A stretch of 64,000 nucleotides of DNA, taken from contig CM060732.1 in the NCBI GenBank assembly GCA_030704615.1, positions 49,848,001 through 49,912,000 of the forward strand. Direction: 5' to 3'. Position numbers and translations under genes: made by a program. Origin of the DNA: Takakia lepidozioides (taxonomy: Eukaryota > Plantae > Bryophyta). Positions 63,855 to 64,000 of the stretch are shown in pieces. Each line of letters opens with the position of its first letter. Position 1 is the first letter of the stretch. The notes beneath the pieces are model-generated. The model saw only the letters and a list, made by a program, of their open reading frames with translations, made no database searches and was not told the origin of the DNA.

Positions 63855-64000
63855 AACAGGGAAGGTCCCAAAAAATATAGAATTCGGAAAGTGGTAAAAA
63901 AAAAAAAAACTACCTCATTACACTCCTCATGAATTTTTTTCTAGTTCAGTTCAGGTGGCAGAACTCGAAGAGTATCTCTCCGTCCGTCTCCAATACATCG

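Overview
Eukaryotic, intron-containing plant genomic DNA, most likely a non-seed land plant such as a bryophyte (inferred from gene families, PLS-PPR decay and TE types). 1-27 kb is gene space: the 3' end of an At3g49140-like gene, an 11-exon USP-domain/receptor-like cytoplasmic kinase, an intronless lipase-3/P-loop gene and SURF2, with SINE/LINE debris. 27-64 kb is a nest of transposons plus a decayed PDF-motif/PPR array. The centrepiece is a Ty3/Gypsy retrotransposon whose polyprotein reads gag-PR-[DNMT3-like C5 cytosine methyltransferase]-RT-RNaseH-integrase-PHD finger. Its termini are circularly permuted (B...A-gc-B-A') with a 4-bp TCTT target duplication, its primer site looks self-priming, and its leader carries antisense fragments of host RPS7, ClpP5 and THI1. 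It sits inside a large Sola-like DNA transposon region carrying an RNA Pol II CTD-like heptad protein, an FCP1-like HAD phosphatase and a ParB/amino-methyltransferase-like gene. A ~4.3-kb inversion (42391-46671) scrambles both elements, and both junctions can be re-joined by eye. All alignments were done by eye; no database searches were run.
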